Below, one piece after another: positions 26,940-41,580 of a stretch of 64,000 nt of DNA (positions are counted from its first letter, which is position 1; the number at the start of each line of letters is the position of its first letter). The DNA comes from the human T2T-CHM13v2.0 reference genome, Homo sapiens. Location: assembly GCF_009914755.1 (NCBI RefSeq), contig NC_060940.1. The stretch is one strand, 5' to 3'. A model generated the notes under the pieces. The model did not search any database, was not told the DNA's origin, and was given only the letters and a program-made list of their open reading frames with translations. The translations under genes were made by a program, and so were the position numbers.

Positions 26940-29218
26940 TTAATTAATTTTGCAAGGCAAATATATATTTACTATTAAGTATTTTTGACTAAATATTACA
27001 GAAGTTTTACAGACCTTTAAGCATTTTCCTCATAATGTTTTCCAAATTAAAATCAATACGTTTTGAAATCTACTAAATCACTAAATTCACATACATATGA
27101 GCTTTTAAATATAGTCTATAAAATTCATTCCAATAAGTGCTTTCCAGCGTGCATTTTCATCAAACCATCAAAAACTGGAAGCAACAAGTCATCAACCATA
27201 TAGTTATATTTTAAGTGAATTAAGTGATGTGTAATAAATAATTATTGATATAATCTCTTTATTAAAACTATTTTCTTGACCTACTTACAATCTCTTTGGT
27301 AATTTGAGTAATATTAATATTTAATTAACATTTAATTATATTATTTCTATTTTTGATGAAAATGATATTAATAACCCAATTCACTTGAGTATCATTGCAC
27401 ATTTTAAGTATATATGATATATTTATAATATGCTTTCATATCTAATATGCTTGTTTCCCCATTTATTCTTTTTAAAAATACATTTTCTCTTTCCATCTAT
27501 TCACACATATTATTTTGGATGCCTTGCAGTTAATAATGAGATACGTTTGTATGTTATTGGTTTACTTAATAACTTTTCAGCACTGCTACATGAAAACCTC
27601 TTTACAGTGGGAGAAAATTTAGAATAACTTAAATAAATGTACAGTGAGTAATTCTAAACCTCCAGAGGATTCTATAGGGTCTGTAGTATTCTGTATACAT
27701 CCTTATTGATTGCATGACTGCATGAATGCAATGCAACAGCATAGCATAGACATGAAACTGAGTGCCTGCCTTATCCCTTTTGTACTTCGCTGATATGTAA
27801 CCATGCCCATAGCAATTGCTAAAATGGTAGGCCTGACATGTTTTTACATCTTGCTTCACTGGCAAGCACTGATTGGCTCAGAGATAGGCACCTGTGAACC
27901 TTATAGTCTAAATATTAATTGATTTTCACTTAAAAGTTAAAATAAGAGAACTAGTGTCTGTATTTAGGCAGTGTTATCTATTGAGATGGGATAAGATTCA
28001 GGGCCTTGAGAACTCACTTTGGTTTCCTGTCCCTGCATTAGTTTGCTAAGGCAATGTTGGAGAAGAAACTATTCATAAGCAGATTAAATTTTTATTCTGG
28101 GATCAGACCTTCACACACAGAGAATGAACGTATACACCCACACACACAAGCAAAAAAAAACGGAGTATGTAGTCTTTATAACTGAGCACTGGGAAAATGC
28201 TGCAACTGTTAAATTTTATATTTAAGTTTCAACCTCCAGGATGTGTATTTTCCTTTCTGTTTGTTTCTTTGTTTAGGATGTCTGAAGGACTGAATTTTTG
28301 CATCCTTCAATCACTATTCTTTTACTATAAGCTATTTTCAATAGGTTTCTTTAAGTTGCAATAAAAAAAAACACCCTGATATTGGGGAAAGGGATAGAAA
28401 AGGAGCATTTTTTTTTAATTAGTAAGAAACGAAACTACAGCATTCTAAGATTGCTTTTTGTTGTTAAATTTTTAAATGATTAATTTCAAAGAACAACCAA
28501 CCAAAAGCACATGGTTGGAAAGGGCAGATATTGGACTTCTAGAAAATGTTTGGTGTCTGCAAGGCCACGGTCCTGGCTCCTGAAAGCAATCAAGAATTCT
28601 GGGGCACTCTCAGAAAGCATATCTGATGAGCCATGTGTGAGCCCTTTAGACAATCAATATATTTTATGGTTGTATTTTCTAGATTGAGTCCTCTAAGTGG
28701 TCAACATTCACAAGCGTATCTAAGATATGCAGTGAATTTCATAATCTAAGCAGGTAAAGATAGTAAGAACAAAGAAAGTTAGCAAAATACAAAGAGAGTG
28801 ATGGGAGTGAGTGAAAATGAGACTAAAGAGTGGCCCAGACCTGAGAAGAGGAATGAGAGAATCAGAAGATAACAGAGAAACAACAGCAGAGTTTTTGTGA
28901 CTTCTTTTATATGCCAAGGAGTCACTGCCATGTTTTAGAATCACTCTCCACAGTAATTGGGCTCTTGTTCACCAATTACCTTTATTCTAGATGGTTCAGT
29001 AGCCACCCTTCCCACCCGCCACACTGAAATAAGCTTAAAGGGGAGAAAAAACCTCAGTGGCCCTTTAGAATCTCCCCCTATTGCTAGAGGCTTCATTCTG
29101 TTAGGCTTTTCATTTTTTTTTTTCTAAAAATGATGTAACCAGCCCAGATTAATTATATACATTCTCTTGCTTTTTCTAGGAAAATAGTGGAGAGTCTGGT
29201 TATTAAAAAATAATACTA

Positions 29219-29978
<760 letters not shown>

Positions 29979-30379
29979 AGTAAAATCTTCTTACACTGAG
30001 CTCTCTTGTACTATTTTCATTAGAAAGAGCCTATGACCAAAGATCCACCAAATTAAATGAAAATAAACTGAAAACCTAAACAAAGTATATCCAGTGTCCT
30101 ATTCTGTCTCTTCAGAAAAAGGAATCTTTCTGGGTTTTGGTTTCTTTATCACATCTTCTAAATTCTCCCTGTACACATGTCCTTTCCTAAGACAATCCTG
30201 TACCCATTTTACTGGGCAGAGATCAGTGTGCTAATTGTGTGCCAAGTCACACGTTACTAGTTTGCAAGGCTAAGAAAGTTTCACGCATGGTTGGCATGTT
30301 AGAGTCTGTTTTCTCTTTCCAGGCACTCTGAGTGATACAGATGGCCAGTACATTTTCTTGCATGAGAAGAGACCAAGCC

Positions 30380-30550
30380 AGATTGGGCACTTCAGTCTCT
30401 GTGTCTTCTGTAAAATGAGGGAAATCAATTACCTAATAGGATTCTCTGAAGATTGAATAGGAATATAAAAGTAAATGAAGTACTTACCAAGTAAAAATAA
30501 ATATTCAATTGATGCTTACTTAGTAGGCATTCAATTAATGGTGGCTCTTG
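30380..30550 (+). mobile_element. MIR fragment
   Basis: tctgtaaaatgaggg...aggattctctgaagattgaatag...tagtaggcattcaattaatggtggct. Confidence 0.55.
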
Positions 30551-32089
30551 TCATTTTAATATTGTACATTGACACGTATTATCTGGGCCAATAAAGCACA
30601 ACTGAGACAAATACAGAAAGACATTTAGTTAGCAATATCACAAATTAACCTTAATCTACTTCCAGGTATCTTCAATATCTAGTTAATCATTTGGTTCTTC
30701 AATTGTCTTCAAGCTCTGAGATTTCAGATTTTCAGCTTCTGGTGGAAGAATGAATGAACTTTTGCTCCCACATAATGCTGCCTCCTTAATGCTGGTCAAA
30801 GCCTGTCACTTTATTGCGTGTTTCAGCCCCCAAGTCAGAATGCTTTACTTTCTTCCGGGACCTAGCCTGGAAGCTACCAGAGGCTACCAGAAATTTCCAG
30901 TAGTTCTCCATTATTATACCTATGGAGACCTCTACCTTCAAGATCTCATATTAAAGGGACTTGTTTCTTCCATTTAAAGTACTTATTTAATTTTCTGTTG
31001 CTGAGAGGTAGAAATGATAAAGAGAAATAAATATAGTGAATCTGAGATGTGCTAAGATATCCTAAGGTGACATTAACCCAGTAAGACCAGTTCTCTATCA
31101 ATCTATCATTATGACATTACATCACTCATTAGTTATTAACCTGAAGAGACATACTTTTACATCTTAAAGATCACAGTAGAGGAATAGACGCTATTTTGAT
31201 GTCATTACTTTTTTAAAAATTTCTGGCCTGTCTTTTGATTCTCATTTATAATGGACCTAGATTACAATAGCTAAGGTTAATGAGACAATTAACTTTATAC
31301 ACAATACGAATCACAAAGATTGTTTTACTGTAATTAACCATAGTGACTTCTAGCAGAGTTCTTTGTATGCATAAATATATTTTTTTCGGGAGTACTCAAG
31401 GCTTAAGGGAATTATTCTGAAAGTTTCAAAAGCATATCAAAAAGCCAGACATAGAAATATTTAATTAAATTTTGCTATGGGAGATGAAATGAGGAGGAAT
31501 CATGTGAAATGCAAGACTGTGGTAGTCAGCAGTATATCTGTTTCCGAATAGATAGATATGGGCATTCACATGAGAGCTTTGAGTGTTTATCTAGAGCCTC
31601 CATTTGACCTTTCCTTAAGTCTGGTTTTCAAATGTGCTTGTTTTCTGACTGATGTATTCAAAATGCTTCTTTTCTGCTGACAGTGCCCAATTTTGTTGTT
31701 TTATGGGGATGCTGCTCAAGAAATTTGCAAAGACATGACCAGTAGCTCATGTACAGAAATGGATTTCAGAAATTGAAGAGCTGTAATGTTTCTTGTGTTT
31801 TCCTTCCTTATAGTGAAGCTTGTCAGTACCTCATGCAAATGAATTTCATAATTTTAAGGACTCAGACCTTTAAAGGTACACCCACCCTCGAGATTTCACT
31901 TGCTTTGGTGGGGCTTTCTCATCTTACATATGCCTGGGACTTTAAATGACTCCTTCAGGTACTCAGAGAGGGTAACGAGCCACTTTGGCAGAGGATAAAG
32001 CAAGCAACTGCCGGCTAAATAACAAGTTTTTTTTCATCTTTAAACACATCTCTCGATGATGGTATTTTTATTGTGCTTTCTGTCATTGT

Positions 32090-32660
32090 TGAGTGAAGCA
32101 GTAATTAATTTGCTTTCCTGCTGTTGTATAAAATTCTCTATTTCATTTAACTTTTAAAAATCATTTCAATGCTTTCTTTCTTTTTTTTTTTTCCTAAAAT
32201 GTCACAATGACATCTCTCTGTACACTGGTGTCCTAATTAGTTTATCGCTTGACATAATTTTAATTAGCTTTATGATATTTCTGGCTGACTTTTCTTCATT
32301 GGCAGTTCCACTGTGCTTTAAAGAAAATTAGGATATTTACGTTATAACCTCATTTACATTTTAAAATCTTCCTAACATCTATCACCAAAAAAAAGAGAAA
32401 ATGTTTTCCCTTTTACTAACAGGAATCTGAAGTTACAGTCAAATGAACAATAGATTTCTCCCCTGATCAGCCCCTTTTTGACACGTGGCCCTGGACAACA
32501 GTTTAAAAGTGTCTGTGTAGAGAGGCAATCACTCAGCAATGCAGCCTCATTGCATTCTCCATCAGAACTGGGAATTCCCAGCAATGTCTGCCGACTGAAG
32601 TGATGTATGGCCTAGGGGGAGCTGAGGTTGGTTTTTGTTGATGCCGGTATATAGCCCTGT
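32090..32660. promoter_or_regulatory. Candidate conserved non-coding enhancer
   Basis: Repeat-free; clustered TAATTA, TGACA, TTTATG and CACGTG motifs (inference only). Confidence 0.4.
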
Positions 32661-33082
32661 GATGGTTTCCTTATATTATTTTACACTGCTTCTCTGCAGT
32701 AGTTTTTCTGTTCTTCTAAATTGGAAACATACTTCTCATTCCGTTCAGCAATTATTGAGTTTCCCTAGTGTTTTAGTGTATAGGAATTGCTTGTAAAATG
32801 GTGAACGTTTAATATATCTATAGCCTCATTCCCAAATTACCTGAAATATGTAAAGTAGTAGTTTGTGGTTTTAAATGTGTGGTAGAAAACCCTTTCCTCT
32901 CCTTTTCCAGCTCCTAAATTACAATTTGAATCAGTTATTAAAAACCAACATGTGATCTCTAGATCCCACTTTTGCCTTTAAGTACAGAGTGGTTATGGGG
33001 GAAACATTGAAATCAGGAATATCTAGGCTGTCTCATCTGTAACTGGGATAAGTATATTAACTTTGAAAAACTAGCAGGTATG

Positions 33083-34475
33083 TTTTATTTATTTTTTAAG
33101 TTCCAGGTTACATGTGCAGGTTTGTTACCAAGGTAAATTTGTGTCATGGGGGTATGTTGTACAGATTATTTTGTCACCCAGGTACTAAGTCTATTACCCA
33201 TTAGTTATTTTTCCTGAACCTCTCCCTCTTTCCAGCCTCTACCCTGTGATAGGCCTCAGTGTCTATTGTTCCCTTCTATGTGTCCATGTGTTCTCCTCAT
33301 TTAGCTCCCACTTATAAGGGAGAACACGCAGTATTTTGTTTCTGTTCCTCCATTAGTTTGCTAAGGATAATGACCTCCACTTCAATCTATGGTCATGTAA
33401 AAGACATGATCTCATTCTTTTTTATGGCTGAATAGTATTCTGTGGTTTATATGTACCACATTTTCTTTATCCAGTCTACCCTTGATGGACATTCAAGTTT
33501 ATTCCATGTCCTTGCTAATGTGAATACTGCTGCAATGAACATAATGCATTCATGTGTCTTTATGTTAGAACAATTTATATTCCTTTGGGTATATACTCAG
33601 TAATGGGATTGCTGGGTTGAATGTTATTTCTGTTTTTAGCTCTTGAGGAATTGCCATACTGTCTTCCACAATAGTTGAACTAATTTACATTCCCACCAAT
33701 AGTGTATAAGTGTTTGCTTCTCTCTGCAACCTCGCTGGCATGTCATTTTTTGACTTTTTTTTTTTTCTCACTGCAACCTCCGCCTCCTGGGTTTAAGTGA
33801 TTCTCCTGCCTTAGCCTCCCAAGTAGCTGGGATTACAGGTGCCTGCCACTACACCCAGCTATTTTTTTGTATTTTCAGTAGAGACAGGGTTTCACTATGT
33901 TGGCCAGGCTGGTCTCAAACTCCTGACCTCGTGATCCACCCGCCTCAGCCTCCTAAAGTGCCAGGATCACAGACGTGAGCCACCGCGCCCGGCCTTGACT
34001 TTTTAATAATAGCTCTTCTGACTCGTGTGAGGTGGTATTTCATTGTGGTTTTGATTTGCATTTCTCTAATGATCAGTGATGTCGAGCTTTTTTTTCATAT
34101 TCTTATTGGCTGCATGTATGTATTCTTTTCAAAAGTGCTTGTTTATTTACTTTGCCCACTTTTTAATGTTTTTTTTTCATACATTTGTTTAAGTTCCTTA
34201 TAGATGCTGGATCTTATACCTTTGTCAGATGCATAGTTTTCAAAATTTTTCTGTTATTCTGTAGGTTGTCTGTTTACCCGGTCATTAGTTTCTTTTGCTG
34301 TGCAGAAGCTTAGATACCATTTGTCAATTTTTGCTTTTGTATAAATTGCTTTCGGCATCTTCACCATGAAATCTTTTCCTGTTCCTATGTCCAGAATGGT
34401 ATTGCCTAGGTTGTTTTCCAGGGTTTTTATAGTTTTGCATTTTACATTTAAGTTTTTAATCTATCTTGAGTTAAT
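33083..34475 (-). mobile_element. 5'-truncated L1PA13-like element (3'UTR plus end of ORF2), interrupted by an Alu
   Basis: Antisense L1 3' end (catgtgcaggtttgttac...gtgtcatggggg...tttagctcccacttataag) continuing to cttgagttaat; flanked by a long duplication. Confidence 0.9.
33755..33994 (-). mobile_element. AluSg-like, lacking ~50 nt before the poly-A, nested in L1
   Basis: Poly-T joined directly to ctcactgcaacctcc; TSD ttgacttttt at 33750-33759 and 33995-34004. Confidence 0.9.
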
Positions 34476-34834
34476 ATCTAGCAGGTTCATCTCTAACTGG
34501 GATAAGTATATTCACTTTGAAAAACTAGCAGTTATATTTTAAAAGAAAAAAAACCTCTCTTTTATAATTTCTAATCATTCCTCTAATTTCTAAGTTGAAA
34601 TTCCAAATTTTATTTGAGCCAAATGAAGAAACAGATTAAGGCATGTCATGGAACTTCTCAAACTTTAGTCATTTAAAATAAAATTTCACATATATCTTAA
34701 AGAAAGGAGGCCATGGTATAAAGCAATGGCAATATTCCCTACAACCAAATAAATTAGAAATAACACATGTAACATTGTGTTTGGAGGAAATATGATATCC
34801 CTTTACAAAGAGTTACTAAATGATAAACTGATAT

Positions 34835-35090
34835 TTAAGAAAGCAGAGTCTGCAATCTGCCAAATGAAACTTGATTCTCTTGTCAGTCTTACCTTTCACT
34901 AACTGTGTGATTATAGCAAAATTAAGTAATCTCTCTAAACCGCAATTTCATCATTTAAGCAAATGGTGCTAAGGTAGATGCTATGAACATGTGCATTACT
35001 GAATTATCTAAAGCATGCAAAGCATTTAGCAAAATGGCTTAACAAAGGGACCCCTTACGGATTATATTATTACATTCTTAGTAGTATTAG
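34835..35090 (+). mobile_element. MIR
   Basis: cactaactgtgtga...aatctctctaaaccgcaatttcatcatttaa...tgcaaagcatttagcaaaatggct. Confidence 0.6.
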
Positions 35091-36584
35091 TATTAGGGCA
35101 TCTAGCTTTGGCTAAAGTTGGATTAGTATGAGGTCTTATCAGTCTGATTGTATACCATTTGTGTGAATTATGTTTTTTGTCCATTGTATTATCAAGGGTT
35201 ACCTTTTGACTTGTTACTGTCATGGGGACTTTTAAAACATTTCTTGATTACTTTGATTGATTCAAGACCATGACACATGGAAGAGTTCCTATAATTGTAA
35301 CAGTCATTGAACAATGCCAGTCAATCAGTCATTCTTCTCATAAACATCTTAAACCTTAAAAGAGAAAATGTGAACTTTTTCTTTCAGGGTTCTTTGAAAT
35401 TCATTTGATGCCTCAAAAGCTAAGACAATTTGTCACCCCCCCCCCACACCATTTCAAACATAAAATTAATGACTTTGCCCCCAAACTGATCAGAGCAGTG
35501 TTATTTAACATCTCAGATGAAGTAAGAGGGGATAGGAATAGTTGTGGATTCTCTGTTAATAGGAGGCTTCTAAGTGGCAAAGCTCTTAATACACCGCTTT
35601 ACCTTGTCAAGAATTTTAATACCTCCAGCTGGAGTCCTGATGTGCCTCCAGGTAGATCTCACTTGTTCTAACATAATCAAAAGCACCTGGTGCCATAATG
35701 CGTGAGTGAGAGATTGGCACCCAGGAATTGCCCCCTGTGAAAATGTCCTCCAAAATCTGATTATTCTAACAGGCAGGTGCTCCCACTCCCTGATAATGAC
35801 GTGAATGTCCCCAGCCTCATGCTGAAGGCAATCCTCTCCAAGGTCACTCAGCAGTACTTCTTGTTTCTCATGTGTTTGTCATTTACTGTTGCTTTTAAGC
35901 ACAGGCCAATTATATCTACTTGGAATGCCAGTGTTTCTGAGGTTGCCTAACAGACCGTTAAATTTCCTTTTGCAAAGCTATGGGTGAAATATACTGTAAA
36001 TTTTCTCATGTAAGTCATCTATTTGAAACCACATTTGAGTTATCTTAGTTTTGCTAACTCAAGGTGGATAATATAAGAAAAAAATACATATTATCTTGCT
36101 TCTTCCCCTTCCTCTTTTCCCCCATTTCTTAATTTTTCTTTTTTATTTGTTGAAATTATTAATAGGATTAAATGAGATATTACAAGTAATCACATCTAGT
36201 GTGCAAAATACACTGAATGAATAAAATGTCCTAGAAAGCCCAAATCAAATACTTTTATATACTCTAACCCATTAATTCTCACTCTAAAGATTGTCCTCAG
36301 TTTTGCACAACACATATTTTTTCTTTCTTTTCCTTTCCTTCTATCTTTTTGTTTGTTTTTAGATAACTGATTTTACAGTTACAAAATGGCACATGGTTAT
36401 GGCAGGATGCTCAGAAAATTTCATTTCTTTGAGGACATTGGTGTATACAAAGTGGACTGTGCTTCAAGGGTTGCTAAAAAATGAGAGCTCACAGAATTCT
36501 AAAATCATCCCACTCGTAAAGAAGTCCTTTGGCTTTCTTAATCTCTCCTTGACTTTAAATACAACATTCATGGGTTTATATGAT

Positions 36585-36765
36585 TGTAGAGTAGAAAAAG
36601 CATATACTTTGTGCTATGAAAGAATTTGCGTTTGAATTTCAACCATATCTGATATTTATTAGTTATGTAACCTTTAACATATTACTTAATCCTCCTTGAA
36701 TGTTTTTTTTTTCATTTAGACTATATAATCTATTTACCCCACAGGATTATGGTGATAAATTTGTA
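36585..36765 (+). mobile_element. MIR
   Basis: gtagaaaaagcatatacttt...tttgaatttc...tattagttatgtaacctt...ttacttaatc...cacaggattatggtga. Confidence 0.6.
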
Positions 36766-37244
36766 TGTGTGCATGTCTACATATTTATGATTAATTCACA
36801 AGGGCAAACTGCTAGAGTTAGGGTCAGAGCCTCTAGTTGAAAGCACGTATTTATCTACTTAAGACATTTACATTCCATATGACATCCAGCTATTTCACAA
36901 AGGCAAAAAGTAGGGCTAAGAGGAAATGTGCTATTACTAGTTTTAGATCCATGTGTGTGAGTGTATATTTGCATATGTGTGCATATTTCTCTATGTCAAT
37001 ATAATCTAGATGCATTCACTTCTAAATACTTAGTAAAAATACAAAGAATCAGGTTAAATTTTGTTCGATGATGAAGACTGTGTATTGAAGGAATATTTCA
37101 AAAAATACACCATTGAAGGGGGAAAATTTGGAATTGCCACATTTCTATAAAAATAATTTTCACATTTCTATACAAAATTTGTGAGAAGTTTCTACATTGT
37201 TTGTGCAAGAAAGGAAGATTGTTTAACTCTTTAAGATCAATGTT

Positions 37245-37575
<331 letters not shown>

Positions 37576-38949
37576 CTACATATGGGTCTGGTTTACTTCA
37601 GTATCAGTAAAGATGCCAGATGTAGATATAGACTTTGTTTGACCTATGAAATTACTATGAAAGAATGTCAGCTTGGAATTGTTGAAAGTTTGTTGGAGAA
37701 TCAGCTTGAAATAGTAGACTTCAATAACATGGAAGGAAGAAAAAACAAAAACAGATTTAAAAAATAGAAGAACTTGGGAATCTAAAGGGGTATATTACAA
37801 TTGGCCAACACTAAGCATGTGAGCCATCATGCAATGATTCCATGTGCACAAAACATTACATTCTATCTCAACTCAAATGCTGCTTCACAACAATTCTCAA
37901 CAAAGCCTTCCAGGAAGCCCAACCATTCTACCCCCACTATACCCCTAGATAAATCCTGTCTAGCACCATGATTCTCTACTATGTGGTCTTTCCATACAAG
38001 TCATTGAATTGACAAAAGAAAGAATGGAAAAGGTATTGTGTTCGTGGGTTGTTGATCTGAGGTTTAATCCTATCTGGCTTCCCATGGAAAATTTGCCTCA
38101 ACTTTCTAAAATTTAGCTTAACTTTCTATATTTTGACCTCAATGTTCTAAAATTTTTATAGTGCTTCTTTCTGCAAAGGTTTGTTGGAAAGATTAAATAA
38201 CAGAATGTATTCAAATGTGTTCTCTAAATTCCAAATGCCAGAAGATTCTCCTGAAACATTAAAATTTACATTTCAGCTCTCGGTTTTAGAGATTCTGGTT
38301 TATTATACCTGAGATAGGGCCATAGAATCTGTGTTTTAGGAAATTACTAGTTGATTCCAATGAGCAACTTAAGAAGGCAGTACATCAACATTTCACAAAT
38401 AGGTAGAAAGATTAAAGATGAGATGCCAAATATCCTGGATGACACAATGTTGATAATCGCAGTGCCAAAAATAGAAGATACCTCAATGTGAATTAGGGCT
38501 AAAGCCCTCTAGAAAAAAAAGTACACTTTTAATTAAATTAACTTAAATAAAAACTTTGCCCAGATAAAAATGGGTCCCTCTTTGAACTTCTTACATTCCC
38601 TTGCATAATTCAAATTCCTTCAGTGCTTGAGGGGATGTGCTTGGGCATTCAGAGATGAAAGACAGAATTTCACAGGTAAAATTAATCCAATAAAAACTAT
38701 ATCAATGCCAGTGGAACAGTTGTGCCAGATGTCTGTCCTAGTATCCCTGCCATACCTGCCTTGTAGTTAGCAAAAAATTAGGCCATGAAGTAAAAACATC
38801 TGCACACAGATATTGATTGGAATTCAAATTTTTTTTCACTCTTGCTCAATATATCAAAGAAAACTATAGAAGAAATGGACTCTCAAGTGGTCTAGAATCA
38901 CAGCCAATCAACCCCCACTATACACTTAAATTCTCATTCCCATTCCACT

Positions 38950-39125
38950 ATTGCTAGCTGGTTATCCCTGTGCAAAGTACTTCATCTTTGAAAGTCTGAG
39001 TATATTCTTCTATAAAAAAGAGACAATAATTCTTATCTTGCAAGGTTGTTGAGAGAATCAGTGATGAAAACTATTTGTGTCTAGATGATGCCCAACTCTG
39101 TCCTTAGCATGAGTGGCTACTGAAT
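38950..39125 (+). mobile_element. MIR
   Basis: ttgctagctgg...ttctataaaa...ataattcttatcttgcaaggttgttgagagaatcagtga. Confidence 0.55.
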
Positions 39126-39175
39126 TAATATCAGAATTTTCTTTCATTAATTTTGTTAATTTACTAAGAGCAAGG

Positions 39176-39678
<503 letters not shown>

Positions 39679-41199
39679 TCATAGAAACTCAAAGGATGAG
39701 GCCAGCAGTCATCCAGAAGCTACAACATTTTATTTTTAGGACCTGGCAGTGAAGAGAGGTTCATAGAGGTGAGAAATAAATTAAAAAGTTGTCAGGAAGT
39801 CTCTTTGTCCTCTCGGCCTGTGTGGGTAAATATATCTTTATTGGGGAGGAAGGTCTCACATTCAACTCTACCAATCTTCTAACAATATGATTCAACTCCA
39901 GAAAACTAACTTTGCCTTTAGGACCAGTCTTTACTTTTCAAGAATTATCCTTCCCTTTCAGATTCCACCTAGGACTCTGCAAGGACTGTTTGCTGACTTA
40001 CACTGCGACTTCAGTAATTAGGAGCTCCCCTCAATGATGCTCATCTGTTCTTGGCAGGTCTACATTCAATGATTACTCACTTTTCTTCCTCCTGGTTCTC
40101 ACTCATATCCTAGTCTGCCCAGACCTAACTAGGGACTTGAAACAGTCTTGGTCTGAAATTCGGCTGGAGTGACCATGCAGATGATGAGTATTCTGAAGAC
40201 ATTTTAAAGGTTGGGTTTATTTCAAGTCTGAGACAGACACTAAAGACCCTTTATTTCTAAATCCAAGCTTTTGTGTTCTAAGAGTTGAAATGGGTGATAT
40301 CAGGAAAATAAATGAGATTAAGAAAAGGAAAGATCATGGAAGGTCAAAATTTTTAACAAAGGCTTCCTTTAAACCTCAACCTGGACATTTACAGATGTAT
40401 ATTTTTAAAAGAGTACGGGCAGGAAAGAAACATTCCTAGTAATGGAACCGCATCGGCAATAGCAAGATGGGTTTAAGGAATGTTGAGGACCAGTGACTTT
40501 TCTCCCTGTGGGCTGTATCTGCAGAACCTAAGAGTGGACCATCTCAATGGGGCTGGAGAAACCTTATTATACGCAGACTAGTTGTTTTTCTAACCCTCTC
40601 TTCAAGAACTGAACTCTACTCTTTACACCCTAAGCCATTTTTTTAAAGTTTTGCTCCAAGTCTGAAGCCATCACTTTCACATTCTTGGATACATAGTGTG
40701 AACTGGAACCATTTTCTATCCCATTCATTATAATTTTTCAGAAAAATTGTCCCTGAAATCCCTGTGGCCCCCTCCTCCACAAATTTCTTTCATCTTATTT
40801 TTCTTAATAGCTAATGTTGATAAAACTTCAGCACTCGTAAACAGTAGCCATCCTAAATTATAATAAGTTGATTATAAATACATGTTTCTGCTTCAGTAAA
40901 GATGCTATGTTTAGTAAGTGAATAAGGTGATGATTTGCTGAGATTTTCCTTTCCCAAAAATAAGGTGGACATTAATTCAAAAATAATTTGTTAATGCATT
41001 CAGTAGACAACCTCAGCCTTTATCAAGTCCTCCTGTTATGTAAAAAGTTATGTAGCAGCTCCACATCATCTCCACCTTCATGGCCCACACAGCATTCATA
41101 GTCTCACACAGCCTCCTCAACCATCTCCATCAACAAAACAACATTTCAGCTACTAAATAATTTACCAATGACTTAACATAGAGTACAATTTTATGACTC

Positions 41200-41580
41200 T
41201 ATATCTTCACAGTTATGTTTCATCTGTCTTGAATGCCACCCTGATATTTTCTACCCAGTGAATTTCTATTTATTATTATCACATATTTTGCCATTATGCC
41301 TGATTTGAAATATTTCAATCTGTTCAGATCCTATTAGTCATTAGATTTTTTTTGTATGTGTTTCCATAGCACTTTTTCCTCCCTTAGATTTATGAGCATT
41401 GCACCACAGTGAATTATGTCTAAACATGTCTGTGTTGCCCACCATACTTAAAGAATACGAAGCTCTGGAGAGCTGTGTTACATCTCTGTGTATCCCTGAG
41501 CCTAGCTCTGTGTTTGACAGAGCAGATATTTAGCTAAGGTTTGTTGAATGATGCATCAATGGACAAGTACATGAACAAGC
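41200..41580 (+). mobile_element. L2 3' fragment
   Basis: catctctgtgtatccctgagcctagc...gtttgttgaatgatgcatcaatgga. Confidence 0.6.
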
